Source: Octopus vulgaris (lineage: Eukaryota). From it: 64,000 nucleotides of DNA. Shown piece by piece: positions 39,239-53,268 of this stretch. Positions within the stretch are counted from its first letter, which is position 1. Every line of letters begins with the position of its first letter. The notes under the pieces were generated by a model, which was given only the letters and a program-made list of their open reading frames with translations, did no database searches and was not told the DNA's origin. The translations under genes were made by a program, and so were the position numbers. The stretch spans positions 30,318,001-30,382,000 of the forward strand of contig OX597815.1 in the NCBI GenBank assembly GCA_951406725.2, given 5' to 3'.

Positions 39239-39658
39239 CAGAAAAGGATTGTACGAAAAAAATGAAGGATGACAAAATTAGATGAAAAAAAAAAAGACTG
39301 AGAAAAAGAAACGTGAAAGAAAGGGAATAAAAGAAAAAGAAAACGACGAAGAAATCAGAAAAGGTTTCGTGCAAATTGCTAAAGAATATTTTTAAAAAAA
39401 TGAGACAATCTATGAAGTAAATGCGACAGAAAAATATTATGAGCATTAGAGTAAGAAAGAAAGAGAGTAGTGGGAACAGAGAAAAAGGACATGTATAAAA
39501 AAAAAAAAGGATAAAGGAGAAAAAGAGGGAATTGAATACGGAACATAGACTCACAATACCGATTCGGAGTTAAAGTGTATATATATATGTATATATATAT
39601 ATATATAAATATATGTGTGTGTATATATATGTATATATGTATATATTTATATATATTT

Positions 39659-39702
<44 letters not shown>

Positions 39703-39762
39703 TAGTTAAAACCAGTGGCCACTGGTTTTAATTGATTAATATTAATTTCTACCCTTATTCAA

Positions 39763-39959
<197 letters not shown>

Positions 39960-39973
39960 GATTCTACATTTTC

Positions 39974-40054
<81 letters not shown>

Positions 40055-40149
40055 TATATATACATATATATATACATTATATATATATGTGTATATGTAT
40101 ATATATGTATATATATATGTATGTATATATATGTATATATATATATCTG

Positions 40150-40203
<54 letters not shown>

Positions 40204-40816
40204 CAATACATACATATATATGTATACACACACATATGCATATAAAGAATGACTGAAGAATGTGTGTAAACCCATACAAATAAATAATATATGTAAATAC
40301 GTGCAATTCCAATACATAACCAAACATATCTACGCTCGACGCGCACACGAGCGCATGTGCAGGCATGCAGGCATGGGTACGGGTAGATAAGGAAGGAGAT
40401 ATGACTGAAGGATACAAGCGAATCCATACGAATAAAGGCCTGTATATGAACAGTTCCTATACACAACCATTCATAGCCATACGCAGCCATATTCAACCAT
40501 ACACAACAATATACATCCAGGCGCACGCTCACGGACGGACAAACACATACACAAAGAAACATAAGAACACACGTCTCAATGCACACACACACACCACGTA
40601 AACACACGTACAAACTCACACACAAAGATATGGGCAGACACGCGGGCGCGCACACATGCACATATATGCAAAGGCACACGTGCACACGCGCGCGCACACA
40701 CACTCAGACTTATGCAGAAACACTTAGACACACACTGGGACGCTATCATATACACAGATGCATATCTATTCCAAAACTTGCCTGATCCACACATACTCTC
40801 GCGTGCGCACACCGGC

Positions 40817-40896
<80 letters not shown>

Positions 40897-41844
40897 GAAC
40901 GCACACATGCCGGATACACATACACACATTCTGGAATACACTCAAATAACAATACACTCACACAATCACACACACACATAAAGACATACACACTTACTCA
41001 CAGAACCAACAAAACCACCGAACACACACAATACTTCATATACTTGCATGCGCACACACATACGCACTCTCACACACATATACGCGCTGGTAGATGTTCA
41101 CACACACACGCGCGCACAAACATAGGCAGATGCACTAACACACTCCTAGCCCGTTCTCATCTCTCCTCTCCTCTTCCCAACATAAAGAACAACACTCTGA
41201 ACCCATAAATCTTCAATAGATATGAGACCGAACTTAGAACAAATGACCGATCCCTTAAAGGGGTCACGGATAGTGCATATACACACCAGAAACGCACAAA
41301 CAAACATGCAAACGATTACACGAGTGTACACTCACAACCATTCACACACGCATTGAAGCATGCATACACACAGACACAAGACCAATTCTTAGACAGACTA
41401 AGAGCAGGCCTTGCACAACTTGGAGCAAGAGGGAAAGTCTGTAAAGTCACCGAAAAGGTTCCAAGAAGCAACAAAAGAACTTGGATTAACAAACAACCTA
41501 TTGATTCGATAGCCAGCACATTAAGCAAATGATTGAGAAGTTAGTTGGTTACATATTTAACAAATTGACAAACAATAAAGAAGTAGAATGAAACCAGTGC
41601 GTGTGTTATCATTGGCGTAATGACTCTCCAAAGACACAAATCTTTTATCCGTTACTTTCTTTAAGTATTAGACTGCAGCCATGCAGGGGCACTACATTGA
41701 TGACTTGCAGTCGACTGAATCGAGCGTAGTACTTATCTTTACAGATTAATACTCATTCTATCGACCCCTTTTGTTAGATCGCTAGTTTACGGCCCTGTAA
41801 ACACACCAAATGCAACAACAGTTGTTAAGCGGTGGCGTGGGACA

Positions 41845-42077
41845 AAGGCGGCGAGCTGGCAGAAACGTTAGCACGCCGGGCGAAATGCTTAGCGGTATTT
41901 CGTCTGCCGTTACGTTCTGAGTTCAAATTCCGCCGAGGTCGACTTAGCCTTTCATCCTTTCGGGGTCGATAAATTAAGTACCGGTTACACACTGGGGTCG
42001 ATGTAATCGACTTAATACCTATGTCTGTCCTTGTTTGTCCCCTCTATGTTTAGCCCCTTGTGGGTAATAAAGAAATA
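41845..42077 (+). mobile_element. SINE family A monomer with TSD, nested in a minus-strand family-B relic (41655-42110)
   Basis: Full head, body and tail. Flanking ggcgtgggacaaa (41834-41846) and ggtgtgggacaaa (42078-42090). Confidence 0.9.
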
Positions 42078-42144
42078 GGTGTGGGACAAACACGGACACA
42101 CACACACACATTATTTCCCCAAATGAATTGCATTTCATGTTTGA

Positions 42145-42226
42145 AGTTCTGATGAAACTATAGGGTGTTGCTCAGGCAGTCAACTATGAGTACACCGCAT
42201 CTTATAGTGGAGACAGCTTACAGCTA
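42145..42226 (+). ncRNA. Degenerate hammerhead with long stem II
   Basis: CTGATGA at 42149. Stem II actatag..ggtgttgctca / tgagtacacc..ttatagt. Then GGAGACAGCTTAC, a mutated GAAACAGCTGTH. Confidence 0.5.
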
Positions 42227-42414
42227 ACGAAGTTCGTAAAGTAATCGTTTATTTCTTTGCCATCTTTTTCCTTATTTACCACTGTGTACTCGACTGACAG
42301 AAGCATATAAACATGCATATATTGAGTTATACACCAGGTTATTAGTATCACAATAACTAAGCGAACTATTAAGACGAACATGTACGTATGTATATGTATA
42401 TCTATCTATCTATC

Positions 42415-42672
42415 TGTGACCGAGGTTACTGTGGTCGTTTCCGTAGGCTTTTCTTTCCATGGATAAACCTTATCTATTTCCCCCTTTACACTTTACATCA
42501 TGACATTTCTGTGATACACGATCCCTATTGATCGATTTTCTTTTCTTTTTTTCCTTTCTAAGATCCCTTTTGATCGAAAACCTACCCTACTTTATTTTCT
42601 CCCCAAAAAGAAAAGCTCTACTTTATAATTTGTCCCGTTTGTGTCGAGCCCTGTGTGGCTAATAAAGAAACA
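42415..42672 (+). mobile_element. 3' UTR of Tx1/L1-like LINE, inside (TATC)n
   Basis: Matches the reverse complement of ~18586-18872. (TATC)n lies on both sides. Confidence 0.8.
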
Positions 42673-42761
<89 letters not shown>

Positions 42762-42783
42762 GTCTGTCTGTCTGCCTGCCTGC

Positions 42784-42863
<80 letters not shown>

Positions 42864-42933
42864 TTATCTATCTATCTGTTAACGGTTAAGCGAGTGGCAT
42901 TGATGTGGCAACATTTGAAATATTGTCCAGGTA

Positions 42934-43006
42934 AATGCAACTGATGAAGACTGATGAAATTTACGTTGACAAACGTATTTGAAGAATCAGAAACCGATCC
43001 TGCATT
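42934..43006 (+). ncRNA. Degenerate type I hammerhead
   Basis: aatgca-a-CTGATGA..GAAACCGATC-c-tgcatt. 6-bp stem I aatgca/tgcatt; stem III is one substitution from ACCGGT. Confidence 0.55.
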
Positions 43007-43210
43007 ATCCGATTCTGGTTTGTCCACTTATCGTATGTTCTTCCCAGAGGTAAGATATATTTTTCATGTTTGTTGCACTAACACGTCTTCGCCAGTATAT
43101 ACGCAGTGAAATTTTACAATAACGTTGTATTTGTAACGACTGCTATTTCCAGTAAATATTGATGCCTTGTTATACCACTCAAGTATATATTCAAGTATAT
43201 ATATATATGC

Positions 43211-43530
43211 TGAGACCCCCTTCGGGCATGATCGACCGTGGGATTGCACCTAGAAATTTACCCTCCGAGGCACAAGTCCGGGCAAGGTTGTTTATGGAAG
43301 ACCACCAGTCGCCCATGCATACCGGTATCCCCTCTCCACACCACCAGTATTATCCAAGGGAAAGGCAACAGCCGATACAGCTTGGCACCCGTGACATCGC
43401 AACTCATTTCTACAGCTGAGTGAACAGGAGCAACGTGAAATAAAGTGTCTTGCTCAAGAACACCACACGCAGCCCGGTCCGGGATTCGAACTCACAACCT
43501 CACAATCGTAAGCTCGACGCTCTAACCACT
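43211..43530 (-). mobile_element. tRNA-derived SINE, family C
   Basis: Collinear with 12028-12349. Abuts a family-B fragment at 43531-43620. Confidence 0.9.
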
Positions 43531-43888
43531 ACGGGCTCCTTTCAATTTCCGTCTACCAAAGCCATTCATAGGGCTTTGGTCGGCCCGATGCTATAATGCA
43601 AGACACTTGCCCGAGATGCCAAATACATGCAACTGAACTGTTAATTCAGACAAGGGGTTTTCTCTATATTTATTTTTCTCTCTCCATCTGTTTTCTCTCC
43701 TCATTTCCTCTTGTAGAAGAGCCTAGGTCGAAACGTTAAAGCCTTCTTTCATTTTCCCTGAGCGTTATACTAATACGCCCTGTTTCTTGTTCTTTCACTT
43801 GTCTGTGATTTTTGCATATTTTGTGTATATTTTTGGATCATATATGCGTATATATATATATATACTCACACACATGTGTGTATTTATA

Positions 43889-44003
<115 letters not shown>

Positions 44004-44469
44004 CATATATATACATTCATACTCACGCACACGCACACACATACACACACACACATATATATATAAGGTTAATCAGAAAGAATTATTCCTCAGTTTATTT
44101 ATATACAGGTAGAGAAAGTAGTCAAATTTTGCAAGGAAATGAGATGGAATGAAATTAAATAAAAGGAAATAAAAAAAGAAATATTTACATTATTAGATTT
44201 AAGACTTGTTTTGTTAGGCGCTTGAGAAAGCTTGCGCCTCAATTCAGGCATTCGCATGGCGCTAGACAAAAAAAAATTATTAAATGTAATAACGTGAATA
44301 TTCTACTTTATTTTATTTTATTTTATTCTGTTGAATTTCATTTCCTTGGAAAATCTGAAGATTTTCTGCATCTGTATATATTAAATGAAATATGGAACAA
44401 TTCCTTCATTTCTTTAAACATCGTTGTTATTACCGATATTCTACTCGGTACACTACATTCCAATATATT

Positions 44470-45140
44470 TACTAGGGTAAGTCAAAAAATATATGCACTC
44501 TTGTTTCTGTAATTCAGTAAAACAAATTTTTGGATTCAACAACTGTACCACTTTACGTCATAGTCTGTTTGCTTTCCGATGAACTTCTTCCAGCGGTCCA
44601 CAATGTTGTCTATTCCATCGGTGCAGAAGGTTTCCGGATGCTCATACAGTTTATTATACACTGCTTCCTGCGCTCTTTGGTTCATAGCAAATCAACCACT
44701 TTGTAAAGAGTCTTTGAGTGCTCCATCTATAGTAATAGCCGGAAGGAACGATATATGGACTGTATGCAGGGTGTTCCAGTAACTCAAAACCTAATTTTTC
44801 AATGGTTTCAACGGTGTGGGCGGCTGTGTGTGGGAGTGCATTTTCGAGAAAAAATAGAACTTTCTTTGAGTATAGACCTCGGTGTTTGGTGTGAATTGCT
44901 AGTTTCATCTTGTTGGCCAGCATTTCACTGTACCTTACATTGGTGACTGTAGACCCCTTTTCTAGGTAATATTCCAGTATGTATTGTTCCAGTATAGGCC
45001 GTTTTGCATCACCCAAAACGATTAGCAAGAATTGGTTTGCGTAAGTTTGAGTTTTGAAATATTTTTCTCTGGCGATTCAGAGTGTTTACCCTGCAAACTC
45101 TACCTTGTGGATTCTGGCTCAAAATGATGGAGTCATGTCT
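44470..45140 (-). mobile_element. Decayed mariner (DD34D-type) transposon, 3' half
   Basis: LEKGSTVT..YSEML..RGL..KVLFFLENALPHTAAHTVETIEKLGFELLEHPAYSPYIVPSGYY corresponds to HDNARPH..HPPYSPDLAPSDY. TIR-like tactagggtaagtcaaaaa at 44470. Confidence 0.9.
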
Positions 45141-45179
45141 CAGAAGTTTGAGCAGACCCATCAGGCTTTTTGCCAAGCA

Positions 45180-45490
45180 ACCTGATCTAAAGATTTCCCT
45201 TAGTCGACAAAGCAGATAAAGACTTCTTGATCAGACACAATGCTTCGCTCTTCTAAAGTCCTCACAAGAGCGATTGTATCTCGTCCTCATTCTTTCCCTG
45301 AAATCAAATTGGTCTCTTCCTATGAATCTCCCTGCTTTGGTTCTGAGCCTGTTGTTGAGCATTCTCAACACTATCCTGGATGCTTAGGATATGAGTCTGA
45401 TTATACGATGATCTTCACATTTCCTGGCATTTTGGCCTTTTCTGGAGGATGACTATGATGCTTTTCAAAAAGTTTTCTGACCGTACACCG
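45180..45490 (-). mobile_element. RTE-clade LINE RT fragment (domains 1-3)
   Basis: Frameshifted translation FLKSIIVILQK..ARKCEDHRIIRLIS*ASRIVLRMLNNRL..IGRDQFDFR..TRDTIALVRTLEERS..VFICFVD*GKSLD. Confidence 0.85.
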
Positions 45491-45539
45491 GAGCCCTAGA
45501 CTTCTTTGCAGTCCCAGACCCTTACCTAGTTTCAATGAA

Positions 45540-45880
45540 AGAGAAACTGAAACTGAAAAGTCTCAGGGAACGAAAGAGACGCTTTCACTGGAAGTTGGAG
45601 ACACTTAAGTTACCTAGTCAAAGAGACTTTCAGTGATGGACAGAAAATAAGACTGCATGATGCTACACAAGATAACATGGACATTAAAGGAAGCAGTGCG
45701 ATGAAGCGTAGGAGCAGAAGAAAAAAGCAAAGAAACTATGGATGACAGAAGAAATGCTATGAAATTTGGAAGAAGGAAGAAAGAGGAAAAAGAGAAACTC
45801 TATAGAGAGAAAGAGGATGTACAGAAAAATGAAGAATGAACTGAGGAGGGAAATAGGAACACTGGGAAAAGCTGAAAAGC
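45540..45880 (+). mobile_element. RTE-clade LINE EN-RT linker fragment
   Basis: KLKLKSLR..WKLETLK and KKAKKLWMTEEML*NLEEGRKRK..YRKMKNELRREI resemble the K.PW.T.E....RR motif. Confidence 0.7.
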
Positions 45881-48044
45881 GAACTTCTTCATCATGGAGT
45901 TACTGACAGGCGTTTCCCCCTAAACCGAGTAACGATGGTGTCACTGGAGTTGTACGAATGATAGTACCATGTAAAATGTTTGTAGAGAGTGGCAACAATA
46001 TTTTTGCTGAAAATGGAACCACAGCAGTTTTATTTGAAGTATTTATTTGTTTGATCATCATGGTAACCATTGCCAATGTTTTTGTAATTTATTCAAAGTT
46101 CTGTTTCAAAAATCCACTTCATTTTAACAATCATTTATGTTACTTTTAGCTTTTACGAATTATTTTTCAATGTTTAGTTTTGATGATACTGGTATAGAAG
46201 GATACTGGTACAGGAGCTGACGACTGTTATGGAAGATCGAGATGGAAACGTGTAGAAACAGTCTTGGGGCATTCTGAAGGATGACCTAGATAGATATATA
46301 GATTCTTACTATAGTAAACAGTTACATATAATCATTGGATTTTTTAAAGGAGAAATAGAAAGACGTTCAGTGGCAAAATGCACAGAACCACTGAGAAACA
46401 GTCCGATTAGTTACCTTTCAGTTGCAGCAAGTGGTATAACAGATATTTTCACCAAGTGTAGTGATTCTAACAACCAATAAAGCTGAACAGAGTTAAACGC
46501 TAACTCATACAATCACGAAGTTTTATTTAGTTAATTAAAATTTGTTCGCCACATCAACACACGCCTTATTTCGGCCAGTATACTCATTATTTACTATTTT
46601 GTTGGATTTGTAATGGTCTAGCAGGAATTGGTTTCAACAACTTGCGTAGTGCTTGTACATAATGTTTAACTAAGCTAAGTAGGTGTTTATATTCTTGGCA
46701 TCAAGAACTGTCCGTGCTGCAGAAAGCCAATTTGGTATATCGATTTCACAGCCATTCATAGCCATTTTAAATATACAGATGCATGATCTACTGTAGTATA
46801 TCTAAATCTTGAACATGTATTCAGCTATTAGATCGCTTCTTGATTCCTCTATAATATGCAGTTTACTAACAGTGAAAGTATCGAAGTTGATAATGTATGA
46901 TATTTTTTCTGTTGGTACAGAGTTCGTTTCTAATTTAAATTCAGCAACCCTGAAGGTCCGCAAATATCGTTGGGACATCTTTTCCTACTCTGATTAACTT
47001 CTTGATTATTTTAATAAAAGGAGTAATTTAAAATCATCTTGGGAAAGAGTATCAGATTCTAAATGGGGCCTGATTCCTCTTCCAGTTACAATGGTTATCA
47101 CTAGTATATACGAATGATCAGAATGGGAAATAATGACATATGTGGCGGGTGAGTTTGATATAGTTGGTTTCAGTTAGGTAGTTATTTCATAAGAATTGGT
47201 CACTAGAATCGTAGTACATGCTCGAACGAGAACCCATCTTCTCTGGTATAGGGAAAAGCGAATAAAACATTCGCAGATATAGCAGAAAGCTGCTCAGCTG
47301 AATAAATCCGTTATTCGCAAATCAGAAGTATTAATTAGAAACTTGGATCTCTGTATCAGATGAAATATATACACACGATCTAAATGCCAGTTACTGAAAA
47401 CAGCACGTGAGTGTGCGCCACCCTGGCGCCTCCAGAGATCGAAGTGCATCTGGCTGGGATGAATCTTCATCTTTCTCTGATATTTATTGTGTCTTTGATA
47501 CAGAACATTCATTAAAATTGATATCTTTGGAAAAATATTGCAGTAACTTACCCATGGCTATTTTTTTGAATACTGCCACAGTTATGTATACCGGAATTTT
47601 ATTCAGCCAGGCTGCCATTCGTGACATCAGTGATAATTTTTTTTCTGTTTTCCTCATATCAGAGACGACAAATTCTCGTCCAAGCATGTTCATGTCGCTG
47701 GTTGCGAGCACACACCATTCAACAGGCCCCAAAAGGCTGAAATTCATCTTGTACTCTCGTTGGCTGTTGATGGGACGAGTTTCAGTCTCCCTCTGATACT
47801 TATTTTGTTTTATGAGAGATGGTATCTCAAATTAAATACCGTCGAAACTGGCCGGTCGACAGTGTTTATACATTATGCATAATATATATATATGTGTGTG
47901 TGCATACAGTAACACCAGTTGTCAAGCTGGGACAAACTCAGACACAAAGACATACACACACATATGCACACACACATGCACACACACACACATGCACACA
48001 CACACACATGTACACACACACATGCACACGCGCGCCATCTTTTA

Positions 48045-48234
48045 TATTTTACTTGTTTCAGTCGTTGGAATGCGGCCAATCTTCAAGGGGTTAATCAATC
48101 AAATCGACCCCAGTGCTTATTCTTTAAACCTGGTACTTATTATGTCGCCCTTTATTGACGAACTGGTAAGTTAAGGAGACGTAAACAAGCCAACACCGAT
48201 TATCAAATGTTGGTGGGAGACACAACACAAAGAC

Positions 48235-48300
<66 letters not shown>

Positions 48301-48440
48301 ACACACATAAATACATGGCAACTTGGGCGGGTGTCTTCCACTGTAGCCTTAAGCCGATGAATAAGTACCGATAGAATAAGTACAAAGTTTCAAAAAATGT
48401 ACTGGCATCGATTCATTCGACAAAAATTCCCCAAGGTAGT
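48045..48440. mobile_element. SINE family B fragments in opposite orientations around (CA)n
   Basis: ttttacttgtttcagtc..(minus) and acttgggcgggtgtcttc..gatagaataagtac (plus). Confidence 0.7.
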
Positions 48441-50374
48441 GCCTCCAGGGTGGGAGGCTCTAGTAGAGAGTATTTGTCGCAGTGTGACTGAATCCGAATC
48501 CAACAGTGGCCATTAGTTTACAATCCATTTCTTATGGCAACATGTCTACAAAAAGATATTCTGAAAAATCGTAATTTTGAATAAGCAACCAATAAGAAAG
48601 ATTTCATTCTCACAAAGAAGAATGTGAGCTATTGACGTAAATTTGTCGCACTGCCGTTAATGAAAATCGAGTGTTTTAAAAATAGATTCGATATTACGAA
48701 ACGAGAACTCGTGAATTGAAAACATGTCCACCACAGCTACAGAAAATTATTTAAACATAAAAGTTATGTCTTGGCGCAGAGAACAATTGATTATCTAGAC
48801 TGGCTGTACTTATTTCATAATCTCTAGAAGGATGAAAAAAACTAAGTGGAACTATGTAAGATTTGAACGGGTAACATCAAGTAAAACAATTAAGCACGGC
48901 AAAGTATTTTGTTCGACGCTCTATACCAATTTTCTCCATTCACTACTATTAGATAAACTATGTATTGATGTAATTTTTTTTTTCTCTTAATGAAGTAACT
49001 AAATAAATGCGAATGATACTAGCAGAGCTATTGTCCATATGACATTTGAAGTTTCAATCAACTTAGTAGTTGGGGGTAAAATTATAATGATCAATGCGGA
49101 TATCGGGCAAATCCAGACGCTACACTTTAACTAAAAAGAGAATCAATCAATAATAGAGTTGCTAAGCAACTGTTAAAATGGTATTTTGATTCATTTTTCG
49201 GTTCACTCGCAGACTTAACGAGAGAATTAACCACAAAGAATTTTCTATTTCAGTAAATGTCGAAAGTTTCATGGCTTTCACATTACTATTTACCACTAAA
49301 CTATTTATACGAAGCGATTTATCAAAATAAGTTAGATTAATCTATTGGTTTCTTTCAGCAGTGTAATTCCCTGTGAGACATTTCAATGAATTATTCCCAA
49401 TGTGACACACTAAATTATTGACAGTTCAGCAACACAGGTAAACAATTCAGTTCAGTAATTTACCATAGTGTGTTGCTCTCAGATATTTTAGAAACGTATT
49501 CGTCTCAATCTCTACTTCGGTAAGAAAATATCATTGTTGATGTGATACAACTTCCATGATGAAATTGTGTCATTGTGTAATTTATCACCAAAGTGTAGTG
49601 GAGGAAAAAATTGTAATTGCAGAGATTCTATACTTTTCTCTATTCCTGTTGTAAAATAATAAACGCGTTCTTGTAAAGGGGGTTTTTATAGCCACGAAAC
49701 GATTCTTGCTCAGCAATATAAACAAAACAATCATTAACTATTTCTTGTTTCCACAGCTAATTATTGTTAGGTGACTAGATACGAACCTCTATCCGCCAGC
49801 TATAATTATATCACTGACAGTCGTGACATTGTGCATAACTGAAATATTACACCCCAACTAATCACTGTAAAACTCTCCAAAACACCATTATTGAAGAAGA
49901 TTTCAATATATAAATAGATTCCGCATGTGCTGACATACAGAATTATAACTGAACTCCGTTTTCCACTTAAAGAACCCACATCAGCTTGCATTGCTAAGCG
50001 CTAACTACAATAGCTCCTCATCAGACGACACCTTCTTTTGAATAGGTTTAGCCACTACAGTCAACGAGTACTCAGTCTTATAACTCTTAACTTCCTGTCT
50101 ATCATCATCAAAATGCATAAAAACTTACTTGAACAAACCGAGAGTAGTGTTGAAAAGGTCCAGAAAACTGAATCAAATTTCGCTGAATTTGACGACACAA
50201 CAATCACCAACATAGACAGACTATATATGTATATATATATATAATGATGTGGATGCCTCTAATGAGAACCCAATAAGGTTCGAAAATAGATCAAGGTTGT
50301 TCGCCATTTTTTCAGTCTGCGGAGAAGTGGCTAAAATTTGGCCTGTATGTATGTATATATGTATGTATGTATGA

Positions 50375-50470
<96 letters not shown>

Positions 50471-50759
50471 ATATATGCATGTGTGTTTGTATGTGTTCTT
50501 GTATGGGTGTGTGCTTTCAAGAAATAATACTGGTACAGAGATCCTCCACCCACCCCACAAAAAAGCGAAAAAGAGAAAACTATCACGCCAAAAATTACTG
50601 CCTTAGTTGCACAGAAGAAATAGCATACTGAAACCAAACTTGGAATGACTGTAAACATCTGCATGGAACAACTGAAGGAAGCAGCGAAAAAGAAAAACTG
50701 AAGCATGTATTTTTATCGAAGGTTAACCGCCTTCAGTCGGTAAAATGTGTAAACGTAAT

Positions 50760-51350
50760 GATTAACGGCATCAACTGTAGTGTGAACCTCCAGGACCTGG
50801 AAATTGGGCGAAATCACAGCTATTCTAAGCCCAATAAAACGAAGTCGCATCGCACTGACCCATTGTCCAAAAGAGACCATTTATTCACACAACCAGACTC
50901 AACAACCGCGCAACCAAGGAAACTAACACCAACGAGTCCATGACAGCTCTAACATCATCGAATTACTCCACTGTCCTCATTCCAACAACCATCAACTTAG
51001 CAAAGCATCAATTTCTTCTTACTCTACCTAGACACAAGATAGTCAAAACTATTTCATGAAACAAACAACACAAGACGCTGGTTAATGAACTACCTGTTAT
51101 GATTCAAAGCTTATGTGCATTAAATTAAATGCAGTACGTCTAAAATTCCAAACAAGTGAGGCACCACTGTCAAACCCATTTGCTTAACCTTATCAACACC
51201 ACTTTTTCACACCTCCTCAAAAATATACCCAGAGCCTCAAATGCTGATTATATGAGTCACATCTTTTCACCTTTCTTAATATGCAGCTGCACAGCTACCC
51301 CAGTTACTACGTGAATCTCATATAGAAATCTCACTTCAAATTTGATCAAC
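50760..51350 (+). mobile_element. Possible decayed LINE RT remnant
   Basis: Frameshifted TWKLGEITAIL-KPNK resembles RT domain 1 (WK.A.I..I.KP.K). The remainder is heavily degraded. Confidence 0.35.
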
Positions 51351-51738
51351 CATTCCCCTATTTTTTTTATTTTTATTATTTGCGACAAAAGATTTCATCG
51401 AATGCAATAAACAATCATACCTAGCGATTTAAATGCATACGCCGTGTGTGATTGTTTCTTGCAGACTGCAGACTGAGACAACAAAAACAAAAACAAAAAA
51501 AAATTATATTTTACAGGTAAAACATCCACAAAATTCACAGTACATAGAAGAAATAGTAAAAAAATCAAACCGGCACATATACATTTAGTCAATGTAATAA
51601 ATCAAAAACAGTAATATAAGACTAATGCATTATATCTGTCATGGGTTATTCGAGCTAGACCTCTAATATCTCGTCAAAAGTTTTAATATATTGCAAAGAA
51701 TGTAAAACAAGTCTTTTCACATTATTATAGTGTACATG

Positions 51739-52308
51739 AAGGCGGAGAGCTGGCAGAAACGTTAGCACGCCGGGCGAAATGCTTAGCAGTATTTCGTCTG
51801 CCGCTACGTTCTGAGTTCAAATTCCGCCGAGGTCGACTTTGCCCTTCATCCTTTCGGGGTCGATTAAATAAGTACCAGTTACGCACTGGAGTCGATATAA
51901 TCGACTTAATCCGTTTGTCTGTCTTTGTTTGTCCTCTCTGTGTGTAGCCGCTTGTGGGTGGTAAAGAAATAGGTATTTCGTATGCTGTTGCTTTCTCAGT
52001 TCAAATTCCGCCGAGGTTGACTTTGTCTTTCATCTTTTCGGGGTCGATAAATATAGTACCAGTTACGCACTGGCGCGATATAATCGGCTTAATCCGTTTG
52101 TCTGTCCTTGTTTGTCTTCTCTGTGTTTAGCCCCTTGTGGGTAGTAAAGAAATAGGTATTTCGCCCGTTCAAATTCCGCCGAGGTCGACTTAACCTTTCA
52201 TCCTATCGGATCCGATAAAATAAGTACCATTTGAACACTGTGGTCGATGTAATTGACTCATTTCCACCGCCCTCAAACTGCCCTTGTGGCAAAAATTTGA
52301 AATAATTG
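51739..52308 (+). mobile_element. SINE family A trimer with 16-bp TSD
   Basis: One head plus three bodies. ttatagtgtacatgaa at 51725-51740 and 52309-52324. Confidence 0.9.
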
Positions 52309-52865
52309 TTATAGTGTACATGAAACCATCCATATACTGCTTACGCAAAAATCAAATATAAAATATGCAATATGTAAAACTTGTTTCGGCAGCGAACAAA
52401 TATTTTCAGCCGATGGAATTATATAAAAAATCATCTCCAAGTGCTCAGAAATATAACAAATATCCGTACTGCAAAACCAGACTGCATGTACTATATTTGT
52501 CCCTCAACCGAGGCAAACATAAAAACCCCTTGCGTGCTATATAACCCACTTCGATCTGATACTTTTGTAATATATTTGTCACACGGAATAGTTTCGAGTT
52601 CTGTAGCATCTCAAAAATAGATTTATTTGCATATAACTATGTTGCTTCAAAACCGTCAACATCTTTAGAAGTTATGCAACGTTGGAAGATTATTTTATAA
52701 ATCACAATAGACTCTTCATAATTGACTTTCTATATGATTTATCGTTTCGCCTTAGGCTTTCGTTGAATCAGACGCCTCTAAAACAAGTATGTATGCTATC
52801 CAAAATGTAACTAAATTATATAGTAACTTTAGCAGAAATAAGAAACATACAGAAATAAGAAACAT

Positions 52866-53268
52866 AGGCGCAGGAGTGGCTGTGTGGTAAGTAGCTTGTT
52901 TACCAACCACATGGTTCCGGGTTCAGTCCCACTGCGTGGCATCTTGGGCAAGTGTCTTCTGCTATAGCGTCGGGCCGACCAATGCCTTGTGAGTGGATTT
53001 GGTAGACGGAAACTGAAAGAAGCCTGTCGTATATATGTATATATGTGTGTGCATGTATGTTTGTGTTTGTCCCCCTAGCATTGCTTGACAACCGATGCTG
53101 GTGTGTTTATGTCCCCGTCACTTAGCGGTTCGGCAAAAGAGACCGATAGAATAAGTACTGGGCTTACAAAGAATAAGTCCCTGGGTCGATTTGCTCGACT
53201 AAAGGCGGTGCTCCAGCACGGCCGCAGTCAAATGACTGAAACAAGTAAAAGAGTAAAAAGAGTAGAGT
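52866..53268 (+). mobile_element. SINE family B, full length
   Basis: tRNA-like head aggcgcaggagtggctgtgtggtaag..ggttcagtccc, CORE-like segment, (gtaaaaga)n tail. Confidence 0.92.

Noticed and set aside
49955-50030. Minus-strand CTGATGAG motif
   Set aside because: No stem II closing onto a properly placed GAAA.
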